Positions 51,771-64,000 of a stretch of 64,000 bases of DNA are shown here, piece by piece; the first letter of the stretch is position 1; each line of letters begins with the position of its first letter. The stretch covers positions 33,852,001-33,916,000 of the forward strand of contig OX597815.1 of assembly GCA_951406725.2 (NCBI GenBank), read 5' to 3'. Under the pieces are notes generated by a model that was given only the letters and a program-made list of their open reading frames with translations, was not told where the DNA came from and did not search any database. The stretch is from Octopus vulgaris (Eukaryota). Both the position numbers and the translations under genes were made by a program.

Positions 51771-52434
51771 AACGCCGCCGACGCCGACGACTTTGATGGG
51801 GGAGTCCATTATTATTATTATTGAGTGAGAGGGCGGTGCATGCCGTCAAAGTGACACCGGGGTAAAATATACGAAGCTTGTATCACTTGGACTGATCAAT
51901 CGGCTCAGGTTTCCCAAGAGAGTTAACAACTAAATGCTATTCATTAACATTAGATATCCAAATATTAAGAGGGCATGCCACCTGTTTTTCACTGATCTGC
52001 CTCAGCTAAGGATGAAATATGGTAACTGTTGAACATGACTATTGTTTCAGTGAGGTGATCTGCAACTAGAGGTATATTGGCAAAAACACAACTCTTGCTG
52101 GTTCAGTCTTTCCAGTTGTAAATAGGCATCATGGTTAGTCAGCTCGAAACTATGAAGAAAGGCGTAGCAAGTGTTATATCAGCTTGTAATTAATTACAAG
52201 TTCAAATCTTGAGTCCCTGGACTGGAGTAGAAATGGATAATGTTAGTATTGTTATTATTCTTGAAATACTAAATATGGAGTCTCTATAGTTCCTGTTTGA
52301 GTTCTAAGTCTTACCAATTAATTGACTAAAGTATCTGTTAGTTGGAATTGTACTTTTAAAAGAGAGCAAAAGAGACTCAACTTTTTATTATATATCTGCA
52401 AAAGACATTGAATGTGAGAATCTTACCAACATAG

Positions 52435-52533
52435 GCATAGGTGTGGTTGTCTGGTAAGTGCCTTGTACTATAACACAAGGTTGACCAAAGCCATTGTTAG
52501 TGAATTTGGTTGATGGAAGCTGAAAGAAACACA

Positions 52534-52593
<60 letters not shown>

Positions 52594-52805
52594 TGTATCT
52601 TTGTCTTTGTCTCCCCACCTCCACTTCGCAACTTGTGTTGGTTTGTTTACAGCCCTATAACTTAGTGGTTTAGTAAAAAGGAACTGATTGAATAAATGCC
52701 AGACTTTAAAAAAAAAAAAAGTCATCGATTTGATTGACAAAACTCTTTGAGGTGGTGCTCTAGTATGGCCACAGCCTAATACCTGAAACTAGTAAAAGAT
52801 AAAAG
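52435..52805 (+). mobile_element. Degenerate composite SINE with long (TG)n
   Basis: Similar to 1272-1680 with an internal deletion. (TG)n at about 52538-52595. Confidence 0.65.
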
Positions 52806-54381
52806 TTGAAGGAAACTCTTAAATCTTTGTGGCAACAGATGTTTCTTTTACATGTCTGGTGTACCACTGACTTATAAAGCATTCTGACATGTAACAAATG
52901 TTACTGTGTAAACATAGCCTGATATTCATGTTGTTGTGGCCGAATGCTATGTTAGTGATATTTCAATAGACATAATCTTTACTAGTCATTGTCATCATCA
53001 TTGCTGTCATCATTTAATGTCAGTTCTCTATGCTGGCATGGGTTGGACAGTTCAACAAGAGCTGGGTAGCCAGAAAACTGCTCCAAGTTTCAATGTCTGT
53101 TTTAGTATAGTTTCTATGGCTGGATGTCCTTTATGATATCAACTGCTTTTCAGAGTGTACTGGGCACTTTTTTGTACATGGCACTGAGGTCACCAAGTAA
53201 CTTGCAAGACAGAACCTCTCAATTGAAGTGGGTGTAATATTGAGAGACTTGGCTTTGTGCCAGGTAATGAAAGGTTAAAGTATGATAGAGGGGCAGAAAC
53301 AGACGTCCTGTTATAAGGGAGAATCATGGTTACCCCAGTTGGAAAAAAAAAGGATAGTGAGGAAGATGTGTCAAGGAATACTCTGAACTTAGAGAGAGGT
53401 GAATATTAGAGAAATGGTAGATATCATCATCATTGTCGTTTAATGTCTGTTTTCCATACTGGCATGGGTTGGATGATTTGACATGAAGTTGGCCAGATGG
53501 GAGCTGTCAAAACTCCAATTGTCTGTTATGGCATTGTTTCTACTGCTGGATTCTCTTCCTAGTGCTAACCACTTAATAGAGTGTGCTGGGTGCTTTTTAT
53601 GTGCCACTGGCACAGGTGTGTCTACACTGTACCAGCATGGGTGCATGTACACAATGCAGTCACGGGTGCATTTTATGTGGTGCTGACACCTGAAAGGACA
53701 AGCTTGTATGTGCGAGAGACAACAATTTTACTTAGCTTGATGCATCTTATCAAGTACAGCTAATCGTCACTTCTGGTTCCTTGTAATTTCCTCAGTGAGG
53801 CCCAGTGTCTGAATGACATTGATTGTATGATGTTGACCACCAATTTCAGCTATCACACAATGTCAAAATAAGGGGACACATATACATACACGCATGCATG
53901 ATCTTTCAGTTTCCATTTAACAAATCCACATGCAAGGCTTTGGTCCGCCCATGGCTATAGCCAAAGACACTGGTCCAAGGTACCATGCAGTAGGACTGAA
54001 CCTAGACTATGTAGATAGCAAGCAAACTTCTTATCATACACCAAATCTGCACCTAATCCATGATATCAACTGTAGAACTTTGTAAAGAATTTATTGGTTC
54101 TGATATCTGTGATAGTTTTTGATAAAATATTTTCTGCTTTAATAATTCCTCCTCCCCTATACACAGATGCATTTATACATACATGCACATATGTGCACAC
54201 ACACACACATCCATGCATACTTACACACTCAATATTTTCATCTACTAAATTCACTCACAAGGCTATTAGAGAAGACACTTACCCAAGGTAACTGCACTGT
54301 GAGTCTGAAGTTGAAATCACTTAACCGAGAAGAGAAAACTTCTTAATCACAAATCCATGTGTGTACCTGGAGTGTGTTTAA

Positions 54382-54601
54382 CCCTTTAGTGTTCAGATTA
54401 TTCTATCAAATGTGATGTTTGTTTATTTATATTGTTTTGAATTAATCATGCATTATCTTGTAGTTTAGATATTTCAGTGATGTGATTTTTTAGTTTTAGA
54501 ATGACATGGTAGGGCTGAGGTGAGAGGTGAGATCTGGTCAGTTTCAATATAAAACAGGTTAAATATTTTGGCCGGATATGGCCGGTTTGAATGCTAAAGG
54601 G
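54382..54601. mobile_element. piggyBac-like MITE
   Basis: TTAA-CCCTTTAGTGTTC...GAATGCTAAAGGG-TTAA. Confidence 0.8.
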
Positions 54602-54828
54602 TTAAATATTCAACCTTTTGGCTAGCATCAATAGTAAATGTTCAATATATCTGAGAACATTTAGAATATTAGCTGGAGCAACAACAAAACAGAAATGTTC
54701 ATTAACATTAATGCAAACTGTGGTGAACTAGACTAAAATCTTGCTCAGTTACTTCAAATTTCAAGGAAACTCACTTACAACACTACAGTTTCCTTTTTCA
54801 TAAACACTCAACTAAAGTATTTATGCAG

Positions 54829-54978
54829 ACTTAAACATGGATGTTATGTTAGAACAAACTATACTGCAGTAGTTACCATGCAGGGAACTCTCATGGCCAT
54901 GTCAGCACAACAGGACAGTTTTTCTTATAGTAACTGCCGCACTATAGTTTGTTCTAACAGAACATCCATGTTTAAGTG
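54829..54978. repeat. Isolated inverted repeat with arms of about 50 bp
   Basis: ACTTAAACATGGATGTTATGTTAGAACAAACTATACTGCAGTAGTTAC versus GTAACTGCCGCACTATAGTTTGTTCTAACAGAACATCCATGTTTAAGT. Confidence 0.85.
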
Positions 54979-56426
54979 GACATAAGTGTTACCTCTCTTA
55001 TATTAAATACTGCCTCTCTCACGAATCAGTACTTGACTAAAATGTTTACAAAAATTTGCAAATCCTCTTCCATAATCTCTGTTCTTTCATGACTGCAACA
55101 CATTAGTAAAATTGCATAATAAAAAAGGCTGTTTTCTCTTTAGGACCAGAAAATATTATAGTATTGAAGAGTTACAGACACTCTGCCAGGTCTAAGTACT
55201 GGTACATTAGAATATGCCTAGCATGTATGAGATGAAGCAGTTGGTACACATATAAACTTTTTATTGTGAATTCCTCACTCAAATCATCTTACTGATTACT
55301 AAACCTTCACTCACAAACACACTGCAATTATTAACCCTTTACCACACTATATTCTCCCTATTTCTTCCCTCTCATTACTAGAATGGTTCCTACTCCTCTG
55401 AACTCCTTAGATATCAGGTACGTCACACTTCTATCCTTCACATTGGCATCAGCACTTTGTGAAACCATTGTACTGTTCTACTTTCCATGGACTATACAGT
55501 AACCCCCTCACTTCCTCACCATCAGATAATCTGCATACAAAACTGTATGCTATTGAAATCTTTCTGCAACTATCAGCATTGTTACAGAGGTGATTTAGTT
55601 GATTTTATTATGCTTTATGTTTTTTTTTTCCTCTTTTGTAAGGTACAATGGCAAAAATCTAATATACATCCTGAAATTCTGTCTACTGGGTCTAAAACTT
55701 ACCACCACTGCTTCATTGTGATATTAGCTTATACACTTTATTCTGTATACTTTAGTTTATCTCAGTGAAAAATGAGCCATTCTCATTTTGTGGTCGAGTG
55801 ATTTGAACCAGGAAAGGCACTGAGGTGTGAACCTACATTCATATGCGAAAATCTCAATTTTATTTCAAAATCTTAATTTTACTTTCCCCACCAAGATATT
55901 TCAAGCTCATTCAATGTGACCTATACAGTATAGTGAAATGAGTATTAGTCTCCTAACTTCCTGTTTTCCTCTATTTCAATGTATTTCAAGTTTGTCTAAT
56001 GATAATATTTTTAGCATTTAGCAGTTATAAAATTTTGCATATATAAATCCATGGCAACAGGCTTAGGAAATCTCTTCCTCTTTTTAGAAAGCATGAACTG
56101 AATGATTTGACTTTCTTTACTTGTGTCAGTCATTGGACTGGAGTCATGCTGAGACACTGCCTCAAAGGGTTTAGTCAAGCAAATCTACCCTAGTATTTAT
56201 TCTGTAACTGCTAAGTTACAAGGACACACACATACCAACTTCTGTTGTCAAGTGGTGGTAGGAAACAAACACACACACATACACATGTATATATATTATA
56301 ATAATAATATAAATAATATATATATATATGCATATATACCTACATATATGTACATTCTTACATTTACACGTATATATATATATCATCATCATCATCATCA
56401 TCGTTTAGCGTCCGTTTTCCATGCTA

Positions 56427-56975
56427 TGCATATGTGGGCACAGGATGTCACAAAACGTGTACACCAAAAATATGAAGTATGAGTATATGGAATATGAACT
56501 ATTTTTTCGAACAACTTAAAACACAAATGGAAAACAGGACAAATAAGGACAAATAACATAAACTGTTGTTGGCTGCTTTTCTACTCTCGTATTTCGAGCA
56601 TTTCACAACAAGATATGCTCTTGATAAAACAGCTGCTCCCACAAAGCAAATTAAATAAAATTTGGGATTTTGCAGAGGGTCAAAATTGATAACAAAAACA
56701 GAACAGTAAAAACAAACAGGAAGGGCTGCTAAGCCTAAACGAAGTTGTGGTGGCGAACTTGTAAATCAAGCTTGGACAGGAGACGGACAAGAACAAGGGC
56801 TGAAATATGAGACTAGAAAAACAGCCAATAACTGATGAAGGGTCGTTCTTTGTTGTTTGTCTTATTTTCCATTTGTGTTTTGCGTTGTTCGAAAAAATAG
56901 TTTATATTCCATGAACTTGCACTTGGTATTTTTTGTTGTACATGTTTCATGACGTTCTGTGTCCACATATGCATA
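56427..56975. repeat. Large degenerate fold-back element
   Basis: The left arm TGCATATGTGGGCACAG..TTTTTCGAACAAC..AAACACAAATGGAAAA..TTGGCTG..TTTCTA is mirrored at about 56800-56975. Confidence 0.75.
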
Positions 56976-57162
56976 TGTATATGCATATATATGTATGTGC
57001 ATATACATATGAATATATGCTTATATATATATTACTTATATTATTATATGATTGAACACTATGCATCCTCTTCCTAGAATGTTTTTTATATCATCATCAT
57101 CATCATCATCGCTTAACGTCCGCTTTCCATGCTAGCATGGGTTGGACTATATATATATATAT

Positions 57163-57345
57163 GTAGGGAGAATTCACAAAAAAACAAAAGACGAAGACAG
57201 GTGGTGTACAAAACAAACAAATGTATTAGTATAACGCTCGGGAATTGAGAAAGTCTTTTATGTTTCAAGCCTACGCTCTTCCACAGAAAGGAACACAGAA
57301 AGAAACAAGGAGAGAAAAAAACGTGTGTAGTGGCTACCGATCTAT
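57163..57345 (-). mobile_element. Second copy of the CUGUGGA hammerhead-like short element (motif 57255-57290)
   Basis: Minus strand reads CTTT-CTGTGGA-AGAGCGTAGGCTT-GAAA-CATA-AAAG. Flanks are homologous to 12993-13165. Confidence 0.6.
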
Positions 57346-58132
57346 CATGGCGACTTACAGGCTTCCACACATTTTCCCCCTCTCTCTCTCTTTCGGAGAG
57401 GCACTGAGCAGCTATACGCACACATACACACATGGCAGTAACTTCCACCTACTGAATTCAATCACAAAGCTCCGGTCTGCTCGGGGCTATAGTGGAAGAC
57501 ACCTACCCAAAGTGCCACGCAGTGGGACTGAACCCGCATTTACTAAATTCATTCAAGGTACTTGCCCAAGGTACAACACTCTGGGACTGAACCTGAAACC
57601 ATGTGGTTGTAAAATGGGCTTCTAAATCAAACAGCCACACCTGTAACTAAAACACCTATTGATCCTGATTTTATTGATGAGACATTATGACCAAGTGAAA
57701 ATAATATTAACCTTTTGAACAATTGTAACCATGTATGTGGTTACTGGTATTGTACTGTGCAATGGGCAACACTTACTCTGAATTGATATTGTAAAAGGGT
57801 AAAATAGAAAATAGAGATCATAACACAAGGTGAAGCACCACTCTAACTGAACATTTACAAAATGTAGGTTGATGGTTAAATCTTGTTACAGTCATCTCTT
57901 CCCTTCATAGGAAACTTATCAAATAATCTAGTTAGGCAACAGTGGCTGTTCAGATATATTAGCAGCAGAATGGAATGGTATCTCACTTGTTTTTTTCCTG
58001 TTTACCCTTTTCATTGGTTGTTGTTTTTTTAATCAAATTCCTTATCAATGAAATGTTGATATTGTGGAATGCATACTACTCTAAATGACTGAGAAAACGT
58101 ATTTACTTTCAAGTATCAAAAATAATATTCCA

Positions 58133-58552
58133 TAGGTGCAGGAGTGGCTGTGTGGTAAGTAGCTTGCTAACCAACCACATGGTTCCGGGTTCAGTCCCAC
58201 TGCGTGGCATCTTGGGCAAGTGTCTTCTGCTATAGCCCCGGGCCGACCAATGCCTTGTGAGTGGATTTGGTAGACAGAAACTGAAAGAAGCCTGTCGTAT
58301 ATATGTATATATATATATATATGTATGTATGTGTGTGTATATGTTTGTGTGTCTGTATTTGTCCCTCTAGCATTGCTTGACAACCGGTGCTGGTGTGTTT
58401 ACGTCCCCGTCACTTAGCGGTTCGGCAAAAGAGACCGATAGAATAAGTACTGGGCTTACAAAGAATAATTCCCGGGGTCGATTTGCTCGACCAAAGGCGG
58501 TGCTCCAGCATGGCCGCAGTCAAATGACTGAAACAAGTAAAAGAGTAAAGAG
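58133..58552 (+). mobile_element. Full-length composite SINE, near-identical to 1272-1680
   Basis: Collinear match, including shared diagnostic bases. Confidence 0.88.
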
Positions 58553-58734
58553 TATGTACATAAATAAAACTGAGGAATGTAATGGAGAAAATAACTAGCT
58601 AGGAACCAAGGATGTAGGTATGTATGTGTATGTAAGATGTTTCCTTCTCATTTATGTGGTTCTGTCCTATGTGGTACCTTGGGCAAACATCTTTTAACAT
58701 GGACTCAGGTTCATCAATACTGTGTGAGTGAAGT

Positions 58735-59110
58735 TTTATTCTTTTATTTGTTTCAGTCACTTGACTGTGGCCATGCTGGAGCACCACCTTTAGTTGAACA
58801 AATCTACCCCAGAACTTATTCTTTGTAAGCCTAGTACTTATCCTATCGGTCTCTTTTGCCGAACCACTAAGTTATGGGCATGTAAACACACCAACATCAG
58901 TTGTCAAACGATGGTGGGGGGACAAACACAGACACACACACTCACATACGATGGGCTTCTTTCAGTTTCTGTCTACCAGATCCACTCACAAGGCTTTGAT
59001 CGACCTGAAGCTATAGTAGAAGACACTTGCCCAAGGTGCCACATTGTGGGACTGAACCTGGAACCATGTGCTTGGTAAGCAAGCTACTTACCACACAGCC
59101 CCTCCTGCAC
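58735..59110 (-). mobile_element. Full-length composite SINE in inverted orientation
   Basis: Reverse complement of the 58133-58552 family. Confidence 0.85.
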
Positions 59111-59539
59111 CAATCCTATTGTATGTGTTAGTGTATACATACATGAAAAATGTAAACATTAGTGAGAAAACTAAAAATTTACAACTTTAAAATAGAAGTA
59201 CTCTGTATGATATTTGTTCTACACAAATAATTCTTTGTGAATTAGTGATTGATTCATTAGGTGTCTGTAATCTAGTATATTATGGTTCACAGAATGTGAT
59301 ATAAAATAAATGGACAGTTGAATTAGTATGACCAACATAAGTGGACTTTTATTGGTTATGAAGTATTTACTGTAGTAAATATGTGATCCTAACACTTTAT
59401 AGAACAATTTTTGCTAAGTCAAGGAATAATGGTAAGGATTTACTGATCCTTGAGCCTCATTAAAAAACCAGTTTTTAAAATAGTGACCTTTAGTCATGAA
59501 GTACCATGTCATTGAGATGTCAAAGATGTGGGGTGGCAT

Positions 59540-60672
59540 GGTGTAACCTTCACTGGAGACTCACCTAAAGACCATTATAGTTTGGGGGAATTTGGTTTCC
59601 ATGATATGTGGGATATCACATGGATTGTAGGCAATCCACCTATTGTTTTTAGTGTTCTTAGTGTTCTTGGTTCAGACAGAAGTCCTTTGATTTGAGAAGC
59701 ACCAGATCATCTGACTTAACAGGATGCCTGAACATATTTAGAAGCTTCTTTGCATTTATCAAGTGGTTCTCCTTGGCTGTCAGAATTTGTTTCTTTCCTC
59801 TCTTGTAATAGTGGTAGTAAGGATCTTAATTCAAACCCAGCTTCATGCTGTTGACTCCAACACCTATCTCTCTTGCCAAAGTTCAAGTTCCCTTTCTTGG
59901 ATCTTCCATCACCTTGTCTTGCAGTTGTTAGATGAATTCTGGTGTGCAGATGCTGCCATAATACTTGCTGTGTTCTTTCCTGCAGGTCATGGCTTCATGG
60001 TTTCTGTTGCAGCTATCCATGTTACATCTTACAGCCTTTACTATGTTCACAGAGCATTGAACAGCTGTCATGATCTCTGTATTTTGACACCAAGCTCAAA
60101 TTATCCCGATACAGGCGACTCTTTTGCAATATTCAAATGGTTTCCAGTCCTCCATATCAGCTAACTTTTTGTCTACTACAACTTTAAATTTTATGTTCTC
60201 AAACATCATTGACTGCTCACCAATCTATATATATAAAGCTGAAGTTGTCTGTGTATGGCAGGTTTGGTAGCCTTCAACTAACACTATCTCCAAGGAAACC
60301 CTGCGGCGCAAGTTGGCCAAAATTGAGAGTATGACAGAAGAATGCTTGCTCTTCATTCCGTAGAAGATAAAATTCAAATCAGACCATGTTAAGATCCAAA
60401 ATTATTTACATCAAAAAGATGCTTTTTTACTATGAAAATTCCCAATTTTTTACGATTTTTTTTGACTGCTGTGTTGCCATTTTCCGGTGTATTTCAACCA
60501 GAAAAGTGTTCACTTAAAGAGAATAACAAGCTGCATAATGCAAAAGTTTTACTTTTCAAAAATTCCAATTCTAAAGGGTCGAAACAAACCCAAGCAATGC
60601 TGGGCGATACTGCTAGTACTAAATGAAGGAGACATAAAAAAAATCATCAAATTTAGCATAAACATCCTGTAA
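59540..60672 (-). mobile_element. Degenerate maT-like transposon 5' part, interrupted by a Helitron
   Basis: Collinear with 42400-43140, for example TTTGATTTGAGAAGCACCAGATCATC and CTTCTTTGCATTTATCAAGTGGTTCTCCTTGGCT. Confidence 0.75.
60224..60616 (+). mobile_element. Non-autonomous Helitron with complete termini
   Basis: Begins A|TC at 60224, has a hairpin CCCAAGCAATGCTGGG at 60589-60604 and ends CTAG|T at 60613-60616, with no TSD. Confidence 0.8.
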
Positions 60673-63113
60673 CTCTTAAGAAGAAATTGAATATATTTTG
60701 AATGCATTGTGTGGATAGTTCTCCCCCATTTTTTTTTAACCTCTCTTCATCAACATCCAGTGCTGTTTAAGGTTAAATATAAAGTTAGTAAAAACCCAGT
60801 CATTATTAAACTAGTTGATACACTATACAATCATGAGCTAAATCAAACAAGCACATACTAAACAATGTTGTGTATGTATGTGAGTGGTAAGAAGTTTACT
60901 TTGTAATTGCATCTTGGGCACTTTCCTAATTCTAATAAGTACCACAAGATCTTTAATTAGAAATATGATGAAATTATCATATGCAACATAACATAAGTAT
61001 AACAACTGATATAAATATAATATTTGTGTGGATATATAAATAGATATATGTGGGTATATTTCATTTTATGTATGCGTGTATATTTTATTTTTATTTGACT
61101 TTATTATATTGTATTTCTGTTTTAATGATAGTATGTTTGTAAGAAGTATATGAGCATATATAAATATGTGTGTGTGTGTATACATGCCACTTTGTATATG
61201 GATTAGACTTTAAGTTCAATATTATTGATATTGATAAAAATAGTAAGAATGTATGTAAGAAGCATATATGTTTGCATGTGCAAATATATATGTATGTGTA
61301 TATATATATATGTGAAATTATATATACTACTTTGTTTGTAAGTATATGGAAGAATAATTATGTAAGCAGGGGAGAGTTTACCTCCTAACTTATTTTACTA
61401 ATTGTTTCAAAAATGGATAAAGAAAAAGCTGGATGGTCTTAAATTAATTTTATATAGAAGCTAATTCTATTATAGAATGGAGTCAAATGTTTTGTAACAG
61501 GAAGGTAGTACTTCAGATCCACTTCAAGCACAGAAACGGTCAACCTCCATCACTTAATCATGTTGTTATCCCTTTATACTTAATTTTCTTCTTCCTTATA
61601 ATCTGATCACAAAGACACATTTTTGTCTGTTTCTTTATAATTGTACCAGCTGGTCTGTGCCGTCAAAAATGATGGCTAATTGTAGTATTTTATATATAAA
61701 TGTGGATAGTAAATCAAATTAATACACTTGTCAATGTTCACATACATTCACATACTTCCCTTGTACATGCACACACATGCATACATATCCTCATACAGAG
61801 TTGAAACGCTGTTTCATTCTTTTTTCAACGTTGAATGTTCACCAACCCACCAGTTTGCTATCACCCCTTCTTTTCTCTTTCATATGTTGTAACAGAGAAA
61901 AGCACGAGTATTATTATTATAGTAGATTTTGTCTGTCACTATATCTCTGGGTTTAGTTTTGTCTGTATGGATACTGTGAAATCCCTGATGTATATCCAGT
62001 AACAAGAGCATTCCCACTGTATGATGACATTTGGTAGTCAGTAACCATGGATGAGCTTTGCATAGCATACTACAAGATTTGTGTGTGTGTGAAGTAAATG
62101 GACTTTAAATTAATTTTGAGAATGAACCTATCCAAACATGGTTTAGAACAAAGAAAATATGACAAGAATTTAGTAGAGTGGAAATTTTATATTATTTTAG
62201 AAACAATGTACATTTTTATCGTCTATCACCATCTCTGACCTTAACTAGTACAGTATCTTTCATAGTTAATTTTGGTCACTGTACCAGTGCCTATTACTCA
62301 CCACTTATTCTTTAGTAGTGGCAGTATACCACTAGATAGACCATATGACTGGTTATATAGCATCTGACAAATGATGTTTCTTGTGAAACAATATTGCTCT
62401 ATGGCCATCTTACCTTTTGTCTCAATTTGGACTTCAATCTTTTGTTGTATAGTAAGCCTAAATATGCTGTGAGCATGTTCTTTTGCTAATTCCAATTATT
62501 AGACTGACTAGGTTTTCATACTCATTTCAAGGGTATAGTTGCTTATATCAAACTCCCTTCCAGTACTTGGATGGTAGTTATTTTGTTAATTTCAAAAGGA
62601 TACGAGCCAGAGTTGACCTGTATAGGATTTGAAGCAAAATGTAAAGAGATGTAAATAAATATCATTTGGTATTTTGTCATGTTTTATACCGATTCTGACA
62701 TGACTCATAAAAATGAGGCCTACTTCATAAAATCAGAGATATATGTTGTAGCCTTCCAGTTTCAGAACATGTTCTGTAAATGCTGTTTAAACAAACTTTC
62801 CTAGGTTGAACTTTTGAATTTTACTTTTGTATACTGCTTTAACCCCTATTTTTTATCAGTACTCTTGAAACCACTCCTGGTTCTACAATATAAACTTCTT
62901 GTTTTAATTGATCTAAGTTAAAATCAAAGTTACATATAATTTATGTTCCAAAACACCAGTTTAACAAAGTCTACTAAATTTTTCATTATTTTCAAAATTG
63001 ATTGAAACAAAAGTAAAACTCAATAGCTTAAGTTTAAAATATATTTTGAAGTTAATATTGAACACTGAATTTCCTAACAATGGTCATCTATTATTCTCTT
63101 TCTATTTCCTTAG

Positions 63114-63269
63114 GTCCTCCAACCTACCTACATTGGATGCCATTAGTCATGCCTCATTGATTGGTCATTGTCTGGCTGCTTATGTATCAACCTTAAGTGA
63201 AAGTCATATCAAAAGCATCTCCTCCAAGATTTTATGTGACTGCCAGTTTATGCTGACCCGCTTATTCAA
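63114..63269 (+). CDS. PDXDC1: PDXDC1 orthologue, coding exon (156 nt, phase 2-2); gene continues beyond the window
   Basis: Acceptor ttctctttctatttccttag, donor gtatgt. Encodes SSNLPTLDAISHASLIGHCLAAYVSTLSESHIKSISSKILCDCQFMLTRLF, matching human PDXDC1 GHMALLGHSLGAYISTLDKEKLRKLTTRILSDTTLWLCRIFR as recalled. Confidence 0.9.
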
Positions 63270-63687
63270 GTATGTAAAGTTTTATTTGTTCTTTTTTCTT
63301 TCAGACAAAATAATTGCAAATGAAATAAAATGAAATTTAACCAGATGAATGGTGAAAGAAAAAACCCAGAAAATTTGAACAAATTAATTTTAATAGATTG
63401 TGTAAATCTTTTACTAGTGTAGAAGGTATCACTTAATGTAGACTAATGACTAGTGACATCAAAGAAAGAGCTAGATGAACCCAAGAGATGCATGAACATT
63501 TGGAAGAGGAAGGTATGGGAGCAGAAAGATAATTTGGCTGGACATAAATTCAAAGAATTACAAAGTAACATGTGTTGAGAAGGAGGTGGGTAGTAGGACA
63601 AAGTTGGACATGTTTTAGTCACTTATACAGTCTATAGGGTAGTATAGGAAGAGGTAATTTTCAGTGAATGGTATTGTAATATCATCA

Positions 63688-63908
63688 ACATAAAAGGCAG
63701 CGAGCTGGTACAAACGTTAGCACACTGGGCGAAATGCTTAGCGGTATTTCGTCTGCCGTTACATTCTGAGTTCAAATTCCGCCAAGGTTGACTTTGCCTT
63801 TCATCCTTTCTGGGTCGATTAAATAAGTACCAGTTATAATCGACTTAATCCATTTGTCTGTCCTTGTTTGTCCTCTCTGTTTAGCCCCTTGTGGGTAGTA
63901 ATGAAATA
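63688..63908 (+). mobile_element. tRNA-derived SINE with 18-bp flanking direct repeat (probable TSD)
   Basis: GGTATTGTAATATCATCA occurs at 63670-63687 and 63909-63926. The body matches the 51095 cluster family. Confidence 0.85.
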
Positions 63909-64000
63909 GGTATTGTAATATCATCATCAGTTGCTACAAGGGCAGAAGAGATGCACCAGAGAGAAACAATTATAGAGGCATCAAATTGATGGACCAGGTA

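Noticed and set aside
56795-56860. GAAA ... CTGATGA boxes in permuted order inside the 56.4-57.0 kb fold-back
   Set aside because: Stems I-III and an NUH site could not be assembled in any hammerhead topology. Kept only as an inverted repeat.

Overview
AT-rich, microsatellite- and transposon-dense animal genomic DNA, not prokaryotic. The SINE/RTE families, as recalled from memory, point to an octopod cephalopod. Four short + strand exons with canonical GT-AG boundaries (26462-26538, 50457-50507, 50620-50712, 63114-63269) splice in frame into the N-terminal part of a PDXDC1 orthologue. Its first coding exon is unresolved and the gene runs off the 3' end. The rest is intronic or intergenic repeat: CR1, RTE and RTE-X-like LINE fragments, a Penelope-like GIY-YIG fragment, mariner and maT (DD37D) relics, Helitron, piggyBac-like and pogo-like non-autonomous elements, and many tRNA-derived SINEs. 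The most notable hidden signal is a set of short elements, mostly (TA)n-flanked and often fold-back, that carry type I hammerhead ribozyme motifs. One (3663-3748, minus strand) has a fully canonical core and about eight are variant or decayed. They are probably non-autonomous Penelope pseudo-LTR derivatives. Hammerheads in Penelope-like elements are already known, so novelty here would lie in the architecture and core variants. All calls were made by eye, without database searches or folding software.
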